A DNA stretch of 64,000 nt. It comes from Phoronis australis (lineage: Eukaryota > Animalia > Phoronida). The position numbers and the translations under genes are program-made. This document shows positions 24,153-36,321 of this stretch, one piece after another. The stretch's first letter is position 1. Each line of letters starts with the position of its first letter. The notes beneath the pieces were generated by a model. That model saw only the letters and a list, made by a program, of their open reading frames with translations, made no database searches and was not told the DNA's origin. The stretch covers positions 110,361 to 174,360 of the forward strand of contig NMRA01000641.1 in NCBI GenBank assembly GCA_002633005.1, given 5' to 3'.

Positions 24153-26749
24153 GACCATCGTCTCTGCTGGCTGTGCCAGCAGAGACCATGGACTGGTCAT
24201 TCATCATTGCAACATCGCCTAATATACTGGGGAGCCCAATGTTCGTCCGCCTAAGCATAAAACCGACTTGCTGTTGTACTCACCGAATTATTCCACTACG
24301 AATGCACAATGCATAGGCCTTGAACAAACCCCGTTTACCGTTTGTTTAGTAATAAGGTCCGCAAACTCAAAAACTGGAGACCCCTGCATCCCTGCATTTT
24401 AGGCTGGGTGCGCGCATGTGCCGAAATTCTGGTTATTCCTGTGCCCTGCCCCCCAACTCAAAATCCTGGATCCGCCCCTGTGAACTTACCGTCGGCGTGT
24501 AGTGAATTAAAAGAATGGATGAACAACATATCTGACAAACACTTTCAATTTGAAAAATGCCAGCACTTATCCGTACTGTGCTAGCAAGTATACCAAAATA
24601 GCAGACAACAAACCTAATTTCTGCTGTTTTGTTCCTTAATCGATTTTAAGGCATTCACACCGTACTAATTTTTGGGAGCTCTTTCGCTGCTATATAGCTT
24701 AGCTACGTATAAACATTTGCTTCTAGACTCCCTTTATGGTTAAGCCACCACACGCGTTCAATGCTGGTGAATAACATGAAGCCTCTCCTAGCCGTATGCA
24801 CGATCCTGTCATCTACGCAATCACCATAGACCAAATTCACGCGGCGGACATTAAAATCCAAAGCGANAACTTTAGATATACACACTGGACCATGAGTAAG
24901 AACTTTCAGAGAAGGGAGGATGTTATGTACGTGTTGGTGCTCTCCAACAGTAGGTGTAAATTACACAACAAAACGTGATAGTAATGAACTAAGTGTTGGT
25001 CCTCCAAAAGTAAGTGTAGATTACACAAGAAAACTTGATAGTATGCCACAATACCAGGGGCGGATCCAGGATTTTGAGTTAGAGGGGCCACAGCAGAGTA
25101 TTAGCCCGGATTTTGACCGCCAGACATTTGCACCCCCAAACTGCCAAATGGAATACAGGAGAATTTTGGGGGGCCATGGCCCCTCTCTAAATTCCCTTTT
25201 AAAGTCCTTCTCTCAAACTGCCCATGTGGTTCCAGTATCCGAAAATACTTACTACATAAAATCTTATTTTCGACACCCTTTCTTTATATTGTTTTCGCCT
25301 TTCTTGCCAAAAGCGATTTTTGAACAGTATTTGACCCTTCTCTCTGACCGTATGATTACCGGTTGTCATCGGTTATTTCCGTACCCACATTTCCGGCTCA
25401 TCAGTTCAGGAACTTGTCCTGAACGCCGCCATTTTTCCTTCTAACTGAATGTGCTATGGCTTGCTCGAAGTCTTCATTATTTTGTTTTATTAGTAATATC
25501 TCGTTAGTGGTCATTGATTTTTTTGGAATGTTACGCGTACTTAGTATATTAAAATAGCATTGGTGTTTAGTTCCTTACGTAGGCCGGTCGAACCAAGGAA
25601 CCAACGTGGGTCGAACCAATTTTTTTCGGTTTTATTTTTTTTCTCGTTTTGAAAAAGTACTTTGCTATCATCGGAAAGGTAGTGCATTCTACTCAGTAAA
25701 AATTGTAAAAGTATCAAAATCGGGGCAGGCAGTGGATCACGTCGGCCATATTGGAGGACAGCGGGATAAGTTACGAGTTTAAAACTTTGTGTAAATTGTT
25801 TTCGCCAACAAATTACGGTGAAATTTAGTTAGACATATCTTTACTAACTATTCTGCACGATTTAACAGTGTTCAAAAAATTTCAGCCTCGCAGTTGTTAC
25901 TCATTAAGTGATAAATGTTAGTTATGTGGTAGGTACATCTTGGATCCTTATAACGTCCTCTAACCACGTAATAAGGGTTAACAACGCGTGAGAGGACTTT
26001 AAAATCTGAGGCTTCCGCAAAAAAGGACGGAGTGGTTATGCAAAGCAGTCTGCACACATCGTACTCAAAACCAGGCTCTGCAGATTTAGTGGGGGAGGCA
26101 AGGTGCAAATGTCCAACTGGCAAAATCATGGTTAATCCTCTGCCTCGCCCCGCCCCAACTCAAAATCCTGGATCTGCCCCCTCATACATATTTTTTACTT
26201 ATGTTTCACCATTACCAACCATCCTCCAAATCTTTGTCCCAGTTTGACTAGCCTTGTTCAAATAACTATTNGCAGATTTAGTGGGGGAGGCAAGGAGCAA
26301 ATGTCCAACTGGCAAAATCATGGTTAATCCTCTGCCTCGCCCCGCCCCAACTCAAAATCCTGGATCTGCCCCCTCATACATATTGTTTACTTATGTTTCA
26401 CCATTACCAACCATCCTCCAAATCTTTGTCCCAGTTTGACTAGCCTTGTTCAAATAACTATTGTGTGCCCGTACATGAAATGGACTTTTATAATTATGAT
26501 TCTGTCCCTAAAGGCAAAGGCAATAGCACCACCCTGTAGTATACAATAAGCAAAATTGTCGTCTCACAAACGGTGCATACCGAGTGGGCTGTTATACAAT
26601 GCAGTGTCCATCCCCATCCTTCTCCAGTAGCTATCCAAAGTAGTTCAAACTAATGCTGGTCCAGTCACATGCTTTGCTGATCACTTACTACCTAATCCAT
26701 TGTAGAATGGGACTAAACTCAATTAAAAATACCTTAAGTGTTTAATTTT

Positions 26750-26755
26750 TTTATT
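26750..26755 (-). promoter_or_regulatory. RPS3A: Polyadenylation signal AATAAA of RPS3A
   Basis: TTTATT on plus strand about 35 nt downstream of the stop codon. Confidence 0.7.
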
Positions 26756-26790
26756 ATTTTTGGTCTTTGTACATTCAACATGTGGCAAAA

Positions 26791-26906
26791 TTAGACAGTC
26801 TCCATGACAGGTGGTTCAAAGCCGTCACGGGCCACCCTCTCGCCAGTCTCCCCCACAGCCTTGCTGGGACCACTGCCCTCACCGTGAAGTTCCATAAGGC
26901 GACCCA
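26791..26906 (-). CDS. RPS3A: 40S ribosomal protein S3a (eS1), exon 6 (last)
   Basis: CAG acceptor at 26907-26909; (L)[37 protein letters not shown]; 116 bp, phase matches exon 5. Confidence 0.97.
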
Positions 26907-27274
26907 CTGTAAATACAAGCAATAGATACACAGCTGACGATAGTACGTTAGATAACATGACAATTACCATGGGAAACCCCACGTGTCAAGTATTTTGACA
27001 TTATTTGGCGGCACAAAGAACTGGTCATGAAATAAGGCCTCTTCCGTTTTCTATGGTTAAACTGTGGTCAGAATGAAGTGTATAGATGAAATAATTCACA
27101 TAATAAACCCCTTCCTTACTATTGATCTCACTTTGAGGTTGGCCTTTTTTACTTGTCAAATCCACGCCCAATACAACTTTAAGGTTGTCTATAAATCGAA
27201 ATAGTTACATTCAACTTTCAGACTTCACACAGTGATTGGTTAATTTTTAAGATGAGCTTCAAGTCCAGTTGGGT

Positions 27275-27598
27275 CACAGGCACTTTTAATCAGCCCTCGA
27301 CAATATACTATATAATAAAGAGAAATATGTACAACTGCTATCTAATATGGCCGCCCACTAAGCACCTCCGGAGTAACTCGAAGCACGTCAAATCTGGAAG
27401 TAATTTAAGTCGCACATTTTATCGATGACTGCAACACGTACATTAGTCACAGATAAAATGTGCGACTTAAATTACTCCCAGATTTGACATGCTTTGAGTT
27501 ACTCCGGAGGTGCCTGGCGGGCGGCCATATTGGATAGTAGTTGTATACCATTCTCCTTTTATTGGTATATCGTTGAGGGCTGATGTAAGGTGCCTGTG
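27275..27598. mobile_element. Long palindromic MITE in RPS3A intron 5
   Basis: Arms of ~150 bp are reverse complements, e.g. GTAATTTAAGTCGCACATTTTATC / GATAAAATGTGCGACTTAAATTAC; mismatches mostly transitions. Confidence 0.85.
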
Positions 27599-27888
27599 GT
27601 TGGATGGTCACACACCCTGCACCACAGATTGCCCAACTTTACACAAGACTCAACACTAAAACTGACAAAGGACACCACAGGAAATTCGAGTTTACTTGAA
27701 GCATGTCATACAACAGGTCTGTTTTTGAGTCCAACACCAAACTTGGTTATGTCCTGCCCACATCTCATTTTGAGTCCAACACTAAACTTGGTTATGTCCT
27801 GCCCACCTCTCATTTGTTAACAGCAGAATGTCATACTCTCGGACAATGCCAAGAGATCCACAGTAATCAGTCACAGAAGGACAACTGT

Positions 27889-28029
27889 CAATGTTCTCCA
27901 CAACTTTAAGACTTGACATCATGTGGACTTTGACTTTTGATAGAAAATGGACAGTAAGGGCATTGACTTCTGAACACATACATGAGTTAAGTCTTGTCCA
28001 GTTTGAATTTTCTGTTGTGGAGTACACTG
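27889..28029. mobile_element. 141-bp MITE sharing TIRs with the 30903-35727 element
   Basis: CAATGTTCTCCACAAC ... GTTGTGGAGTACACTG; TSD not preserved. Confidence 0.65.
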
Positions 28030-28057
28030 ACCCTATCTGTCAATGAGTGTCACTTAC

Positions 28058-28250
28058 AGTCAAACTTTGGTTTCCTCAACACTTTCACTTTCCTGATGTA
28101 GACATCATGAAGTGGATAAATGCCCTGACATGCTTTCTCAATGTCCTTCCCAATACTGTCAGGGATCAGTTTGTTGACAACCTCCTTCATGTCGTTAGAG
28201 GACACCTCGCGGCTCATGATCTCAACCATTTTCTTTCTGATGGTGCGAAC
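28058..28250 (-). CDS. RPS3A: 40S ribosomal protein S3a, exon 5
   Basis: [64 protein letters not shown]; CAG acceptor, GTAAGT donor; 193 bp. Confidence 0.98.
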
Positions 28251-28474
28251 CTGATAGGCAAATAACAGATTTGTTATGTATATCCAACACACACACACAC
28301 ACACAAATTCAATTTTGAGGTACACTATAATCTCACCAATTTAGAACAGAATATGGAGGACATGTCAAATTTTATTATTTACCCTCCCCCCCCTGACAAT
28401 ATGTCGAGGAATTATGAAGATACAAGTGAAAATATAAACAAGAACAAAGCAGAGTGTTGAAATACACGCACGAA

Positions 28475-29345
28475 TGCACCGCAAACGGTGCACTTCTAGA
28501 GTTGTTTATTTGTAACATAAAAATAACCACTAGATGGAGCAAAACGTACAATCCATCTGCATGGAACATGCCATAGATTCTTCAATAGAAAGTTATTTAC
28601 ATTATTCAAAATCATCCTTAGAATGGTTTGGTTGATAGACGGGTGGAAAACAGTAAAAATGGCCATTAGGTGGCGCAAATACTTCGAATCCATCTGAAAA
28701 TGGTAGGATAGCATCACTTCTTAAATAGATGCCTACATTCCAAATTTTATGAAACTCCGTTGAGGACTTTTGAATATACAGAGATAAACGTAAAAAACTT
28801 AAATTGCCACTAGAGGGCACACTGGTGAAAAAATCTGCAAAAATCATTGTTGTCGTCCATTGCCAACATCATACAAATATACTTGATAAATTTAATAAAG
28901 ATCCTGCCCACAGTTTAGGAGATACAGCCATTGGCGCATAAAAAACTGCCACTAGGAGACGCTACAGTAGTCAAAGTCATTAGAAAATCGTAGTCAGCCA
29001 TACTTTTATAGTAAGAACATAAATGCCTATTTTCACAATCATCGTTTTGAGTAGTTTGGCCAATAGAGGGGTGGACGTCAAAAATAAGACTCGAGGAGGA
29101 CCTCCGAAGATACAGAGGTGAGCGTAAAAAACTAAAACTGCCACTAGGGGGCACACCCATAGTCGGAGGTCCAAAATTTGTCGTCAGCTTGATAGGAACA
29201 CATCTGCCAAATCTCATCAAGATCCTGTGACGGGTTTAGGAGATACAGCTGCGGACTCCGGATGCCCAGACAGAGATGACGGCAATATGCGACCACATAT
29301 AAATATGTGGGCGCATAAAAACTAATTTGCCTCAAGGGGGCACAG
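28475..29345. repeat. Helentron/DINE-1-like non-autonomous repeat with degenerate internal tandem units
   Basis: Hairpin ATGCGACCACATAT-AA-ATATGTGGGCGCAT next to a T tract on the minus strand (29287-29320, second copy at 44546-44575); repeated AAAAACT..GCCACTAGRGGGC units; hairpin TGCACCG-CAAA-CGGTGCA plus CTAG at 28475-28499. Confidence 0.5.
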
Positions 29346-29484
29346 CAACGGTGGAAACTGTGCCTTGTTTTTAGCACGTCAGCACTGAGACAACGCTGCT
29401 GACGAGAAGCGCAAAGAAAACCTGCACACAGAGCCCACAGAAGTAGCACTGGTTTCAGATTGTGTATGCAGGGCCACAGCTTAC

Positions 29485-29610
29485 CTGGGTACTCTGAGCA
29501 TAGCAGGTCTTTTTCACTTGGTTATTCCTCTTCTTGGTGAAGCCAATACAGAACAGTCTCATCAGGTAACCATCAGTAGTCTTTACATCAACGTTGGCTT
29601 CAATAAGAGT
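29485..29610 (-). CDS. RPS3A: 40S ribosomal protein S3a, exon 4
   Basis: [42 protein letters not shown]; CAG acceptor, GTAAGC donor; 126 bp. Confidence 0.98.
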
Positions 29611-30191
29611 CTGCAAAAAGTGAGTGGAAAAACTGAGCAAATGTTTTAGTTTCAACCTGCTCGAACTTGAATACACATTCAGCTCTAACTGAATTTGCAA
29701 CATTCACTTCGAGACCAAGCCCTTTGATTTCACACATTGGCCGATGTACCTACTTTCTGATATAGGCGCAGGTCTGGTTACAGGCACATGCTATGGTATT
29801 TCGAGGGCTGGAGCACTTGACTACAATACAGACCAATTGCATGCCACGCAGGGTAAAGCTCATGGGGAGTATTTGGTGGCATGTTCAACAAGTTCTATTC
29901 CATTCCATATGAGAATCTGACAGTATTCCTTTTAATATAGGTTCCATCAATTAATCTTCACATCAATCAATCTTCATATCAATCAAATTTGCAAATGCAC
30001 TGCTCACATGAAATTTCATATTATCCAATATCACACAATATCTCACAAAGACATGCGCAAAGAGCTGGTAAATCAAAGCTCGCCCTTTTATATCGAAATC
30101 AAATTATTTTACAGCAATTCTGATTTTACAGCAATTTAGTCACCCCGAAACAGTAACCTTAGTTTGTGATTTAGCATAGTAACACACACAC

Positions 30192-30379
30192 CTGCCACTT
30201 CTTGACCATAGAGCGCAGTTTGTCAGTGGTCAGATTCATGCCGTGGAACGTGGTAAGCAGATTCTTGCCCTGCACGTCCTCACAGCTCAGCTTGAATTTA
30301 CGGAAGGCTATCTCATCATTCTGCAGGTCAGCCAAGGACACTTCAAACACACGACCCTTCAAACCATCAGAGGCAATTT
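30192..30379 (-). CDS. RPS3A: 40S ribosomal protein S3a, exon 3
   Basis: (K)[30 protein letters not shown]...MVKKWQ; CAG acceptor, GT donor; 188 bp. Confidence 0.98.
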
Positions 30380-31766
30380 CTGTAAACAACAGAACCTACT
30401 TTTCACTTGTCCTCACTAAGCTGCTCTCAATTTTCAGTTGGTGAATCAAAATGTGCTGTAGATCACATGAAAAGTAGTAAATAAGCGAACGAGATTAAAA
30501 TCGAGCTTTTGTCCACTTATTTGCTTAAACTTTTATAGATATCTACTACAACTCATGCACTGCAGGATCATTATTTTTTCCAGATCAACTTGCCTGAGAA
30601 AAACGGTAAAACACAATGGCAATATTATGACTAACATTACATTATGACCCAATAACAGACAATTATGACTAACATTACATTATGACCCAATAACAGACAT
30701 AACCACAAGGTGTAATGACAACAATGTATTAAGCAAACATTTATACTAATCATGCCAATCATACATCAAACATTTATACTAATCATGTCAATCATACATC
30801 TAAATATGACGTGGAAGAGAATTTTTGCAAATGGAACCACAAATTTCCAGCTAAGCTGAATAAAACATCATTTAGTGTACAAAATGCAGAGTATTCAGTG
30901 CTCAGTGTTCTCCACGACCACTTTTAACGCGTCGCAGCGTCCTGTTTAGCCGAACGCGCGTCCTGTTAAAATGCCTCGCGTCCTGTTTAAAAATCCCGCG
31001 ACCAGTTTAAAAATACAGGGACTACTTTGTAAAAAAGGCGTCGTAGTTAATAAGGTCTTCACTGGTTCAAATTACGCTCGACAGCAACTGGCCATAGCCC
31101 ATTGAAACTGAATAAAGGCTAAGGAAATGGTCAGTCGCACAGCCTAATCACCGGTCTCACTGAAGCGGCAGACCGGACTGCTAGTTTATGGTGTAACGCG
31201 GCGTGTAAATAATCTCTCAATTATCTTTTCAATTCATCTGGAACAACTAGTCAATTTAAACAAAGGCCCAGTGCTACCAATACGCCTAATCCACTACCTG
31301 CCCACTGGAGGTGCAGTCCAGTACGAAAGTCGCTGATCACTGCGTTAGGCCTATTCGCTGCTGTAGTCACCTTTTTGTGTTCGGCGGACAGAACTGATCA
31401 TATTACCCATTGAAAATAACTAAGGCTCGGTGATTAGTTCTACGAAGTATATGTTGTCAGCAAAGACACCGTTGCGCAGCAGTTTATGCAACTGCCGTCT
31501 TCTGGGAGGCCAGAATTTTGGTTTTCGTAGCACATTTTTCAATATTCCGTGGGCCCCACGGCACAGACTTTACTGATGCCAGTCTCAAAAAAATTTGCAT
31601 AAACCTGCTTTTGATGGCTCTCATTGGTTGTTGTTTGTGTATTTCTCACTGAATATTATTGGATACTTTTGGTTCCAACGGCCCATTGAGATTGACGAGT
31701 TCATCTCGTTGCCTTATAAGGACTTTTGTTGGCAGCATGAACATTACGTTTGTGGTGCATACTCCC

Positions 31767-34410
31767 CAGGGCTCGACATAACGAGCTGCAGGTCGCATTT
31801 GCGACCTGAAATTTGGAAATGCGAGCTGAGATTTTTGTCAGGTCGTATCAAGTCGCAAAATGCGACCTGGAATTTCCAACGAATGCGAGCTGAGTTTTTA
31901 CACTTCTCAACAGATACCTGGCAAATACAAAGCAGCTCTTGTTAATCCGACCGTTCAAAAGAACACTAACCGAGAACAGCCCTCCCGATGACTTGTAAGC
32001 AAGTCGCGTGAACATGGGATATGCAGAATCAATCTTTGACGCGTTTCATTGGCTAACACTTTCGGCCACTTTTGTAAATTCCCGGATTCGCCGAAGAAAG
32101 TTTCGGGCCACTGCTTAACACGTGATAAAACTTCACAAAATAACGGTGTTTCTATTAATTCTTAAGCGATCAACTTACCAAACTTTGTGGTGGACAAAAA
32201 TATTTATTTTTCACAGAAGATGTCCTTATTACATGTACCAAATATCCACGACAATATCCCTGATATCGCACTGCGGCACCGTTAACGCGCACGCAGTCCC
32301 GGCAGACAATCGTGACTTAGACTGAGATGTGCTTCTCCTTTTTATCGTATTAAGACAGCCAAAGTGAAAATGACAACCTTATTAATCGCCAAACGACGGT
32401 CACGTCTTTACTTTCAGTTGCCAAGAAATTCTCAAACCCTTTACTTGTTTCTGGGGCTACGTGCGCGAAATATGATTTGTCTTTCACACGTTGTTGCCAT
32501 CGTAAAGTGTAGGCCTACTCCAGCGATTCAAGTGCGTGAACTCACGCGTGCNNNNNNNNNNNNNNNNNNNNNNNNNNNNNNNNNNNNNNNNNNNNNNNNN
32601 NNNNNNNNNNNNNNNNNNNNNNNNNNNNNNNNNNNNNNNNNNNNNNNNNNNNNNNNNNNNNNNNNNNNNNNNNNNNNNNNNNNNNNNNNNNNNNNNNNNN
32701 NNNNNNNNNNNNNNNNNNNNNNNNNNNNNNNNNNNNNNNNNNNNNNNNNNNNNNNNNNNNNNNNNNNNNNNNNNNNNNNNNNNNNNNNNNNNNNNNNNNN
32801 NNNNNNNNNNNNNNNNNNNNNNNNNNNNNNNNNNNNNNNNNNNNNNNNNNNNNNNNNNNNNNNNNNNNNNNNNNNNNNNNNNNNNNNNNNNNNNNNNNNN
32901 NNNNNNNNNNNNNNNNNNNNNNNNNNNNNNNNNNNNNNNNNNNNNNNNNNNNNNNNNNNNNNNNNNNNNNNNNNNNNNNNNNNNNNNNNNNNNNNNNNNN
33001 NNNNNNNNNNNNNNNNNNNNNNNNNNNNNNNNNNNNNNNNNNNNNNNNNNNNNNNNNNNNNNNNNNNNNNNNNNNNNNNNNNNNNNNNNNNNNNNNNNNN
33101 NNNNNNNNNNNNNNNNNNNNNNNNNNNNNNNNNNNNNNNNNNNNNNNNNNNNNNNNNNNNNNNNNNNNNNNNNNNNNNNNNNNNNNNNNNNNNNNNNNNN
33201 NNNNNNNNNNNNNNNNNNNNNNNNNNNNNNNNNNNNNNNNNNNNNNNNNNNNNNNNNNNNNNNNNNNNNNNNNNNNNNNNNNNNNNNNNNNNNNNNNNNN
33301 NNNNNNNNNNCCCCCCCGGCAACTTTTCGCTCCCCAAACCACCGTCGCCGTAAAATGTTCAGACTCCTGTAGAAACAACCTTGTTCCGGCTGAAGCGGGC
33401 AGTTAAAAACAAAATCATTCCGGGTGGCTAAAAAGGGTACAATGTAGGTGGTAACGATATCCAGAAAGTCACCCTTACTAGATGGAGTTTGCCTCGCAAA
33501 ATCGTATTATTGTAACGTTTCTTACCATTACAGCGTTTTAATATCTTAGTACCGCAAACACTGAGGTTAACGACTATGCTCACGCACAAGCCTACTCCCT
33601 ACCTTTAAAGTGTTTCATAATAAGTGCTCACTGATCTACATGTATTAAAAGTCTCCCCTTAAATTTTGAGAATTTCCAGTTATGCGCCCACAGTTCAAGC
33701 TAGCGCCCATCATAGCGCACTACAAACGACTGCATGTGGTTTAAAATTGACACGCAGCTTATATGGTGTGCCACTTTCATTTTACACAACTAGAATTTTC
33801 AAAAACGTCTTTTCACAATATGTAAAAACCAAATCCCGGCTTTGTTTTATACCTCGGAAAGAAAGTTAACACTAGTGACATGCATGTCGTTTTGTGACTG
33901 ACCTAGTTTTTCCGTACTTGGAAGGTAATGAAGAGCAAACTTGCCGTTACCCAAGTTAGTTTGAATCTTTAACGACTTTGAGGACAGCCAGTAGCAGGCC
34001 AGATCTAACAAAATCCCAAATACTTTTTCAACGGGCATTTTCTCCCTTTTCACATCGCAAATTTAGCTACTCGAATGCACAAGTCAGTTAGAGAGCACTG
34101 ATTCAACTTTCACGTAGGCAACTTGCCTTGCGCTCTAGAGTCTTTCAATGGTGGTCGTGAAGAACAGTAAGACCATACCTGCATGAAGTCAATTTTGAGA
34201 TCCGAAATTTGTGAGCATTTAACGCTGCAGGTAAGAGCATAATCTAAACATTTTCTCGATGATCTAAAAAATCTGTTTTGGCGCGTAAAAATGGCGGGAA
34301 AATTTTGCGACCTGGCATTTACTAATGCGAGCTGGATTTTGAAAATGCGACCTAGTATTTTGGCTAGGTCGCAAAATGCGACCTGGCGATTTTAATAGCG
34401 TCGAGCCCTG
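31767..34410. mobile_element. Nested hAT-like DNA transposon with 5-bp TSD
   Basis: TIRs CAGGGCTCGAC / GTCGAGCCCTG; CTCCC at 31762-31766 and 34411-34415; subterminal TGCGACC/GGTCGCA repeats at both ends; spans the N gap. Confidence 0.88.
32552..33310. other. Assembly gap (N run)
   Basis: Run of n; the long X-filled ORFs are artefacts. Confidence 1.
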
Positions 34411-36070
34411 CTCCCTCTAAAAATCTGCCAAACCGTTCGCAAGCTCAACTTCGATAGTTGCGTGCGTGACGTTTGCGGTTTCGGGGGGAGTATTCCGGGA
34501 TTTGGGACAGCGGGTGACGTCACTGAATAAAATTCAAAGTCTTGCGCTGAGGAATTGCAGCCAAAACCATGTGCTCTCACTGAAATCAAGCGGTAATATC
34601 TCGCGTAATCTCGCAGAGTCTTGTTTATCTAGCTTGGTCCTTACGTTAGTGAATTTCATCCTGCCTCCGTTACCGATCGACATGCGCATTCTACATACTT
34701 AGAAATGTCGTCAGCAGCGCGAACTCGAAGCACCGCTAAGCCTAGGGATTATTTTAAAAACCGAGAGATGTTTCAGATACTGACATTGACTCAGATGCAG
34801 ATACGACAGATAATCCAGGGCCGGATGGTTGCCGGGCTCGGTCAACGAATCGCAAATATCCGTGTCACGAACGGTGAACCAAATTTTTGCCGACAACGTC
34901 AAACATCGGCAATACCAATGAATACAATTCCCTTGAGAATAGACGGTTTTCATGTGGAAGAATGAGTTTGTGATAATCCTGAAAATTATGGGAATTCCAT
35001 AGTTGAAAGCGTTTGATAATTCAATTGATATCTTTTTAGAAATATTGGATGTCATCAACAGGCCTAACACTCCTGTTCAAGTAGATGAAAAAAGCAACTT
35101 GAATTGTTTTGTTTACCCTACCTAATTTGCATTCATTTGGGAGGACTCGCATATTGTGCAGTTTTACAAGAGTTCTGATAGTGCAGATGTTCAATATGTT
35201 GTACCAGCTTTAGAACATCGAATTCAGACTACAAGAATGCTGTGCAAGACATTACACTTACAGACCGAGGGAAAACATACACTCTGCTATCAAGACATAA
35301 AAATGTAACTGACTTCGCAAAGACACTTCACTTGGACTGCCTACTTCAATTCATGGGAAAAGTTTACTTCTTTGTTAGACTTTTTGTACTTAGTTGACAT
35401 TGACATCACAATTATTGAGTAGCCTAAAACCTCCATACTGTATCAAACAAGTCCGTAGACTTCTATTTCGAAGTCATTGACTAAGCAAATGGGTTATGAC
35501 ATATGTGATATGTTTGTAAATAAGGCTAACTTTTACAAATAAAAAGTTGAATAAACATAGTTATTTGGTTGCACTACTGTGCATTACTATTAAAATGAGT
35601 GGGTAAAAATAAGGTGCACAAAAAACAGCACACTAGCTTATGGAGAATGTTGACCACCGCGCGGTTCAGGCACGTTGCAGTTTTTACGCGTGCGACCTGT
35701 TTAGATTTTCAGATGTGGAGTACACTGAGTGCTGCTGCAGCAAATACATACAAACTGGACTAGTGGCCAGCTCTGTGTTTGTCATGTACAGCACAAAGCA
35801 TAAACAGTAATAATTAAATCAAGTCAAGCCCTTTAATAGAAGCACTCAGTCCTAGGTACAATAAAAAAAGTAATGAAGAGTGCTTTTACAAAATTCATGT
35901 ATTCGAGACAAAAAATACATATGGCACTATACAATATGGTCCCTTTAGAACAAGATTTTGAGCCACCTGGATCACATGTCAGCTTGCTGCCAAAGGAATA
36001 CAACAGTCTATACGGAGGTTTAACAGCCAACCCCTAACAGCGAAATAAAACAAGTCACAGAGCAGTATCA

Positions 36071-36268
<198 letters not shown>

Positions 36269-36321
36269 TCAACCATAGCACTTATCTGTGTTGACCAGGA
36301 ACAAACTCAGCCATAGAATTT

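Larger units (their letters stand above)
30903..35727. mobile_element. hAT-like DNA transposon with 6-bp TSD in RPS3A intron 2 (contains a nested element)
   Basis: 13-bp TIRs CAGTGTTCTCCAC / GTGGAGTACACTG; AGTGCT at 30897-30902 and 35728-35733; subterminal GCG(T/A)CCTGTT repeats. Confidence 0.85.

Noticed and set aside
25385-25405. CTGATGA-GCCG-GAAA on the minus strand as a hammerhead core
   Set aside because: No room for stem II and no stems I or III
27887-28031. Long hairpin beside the exon 5 donor as a ribosomal-protein autoregulatory splicing element
   Set aside because: Its arms are the same TIRs as the 30903-35727 transposon, so a MITE origin is simpler
29745-29883. Consecutive stems (GGTCTG/CAGACC, CATGCCAC/GTGGCATG) and an ACA as an H/ACA snoRNA
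   Set aside because: No ANANNA H box between hairpins on the sense (minus) strand, and inner pairing looks better on the antisense strand
32364-33378. Long ORFs of 269-329 aa (and 7319-7795)
   Set aside because: Length comes from reading through N gaps
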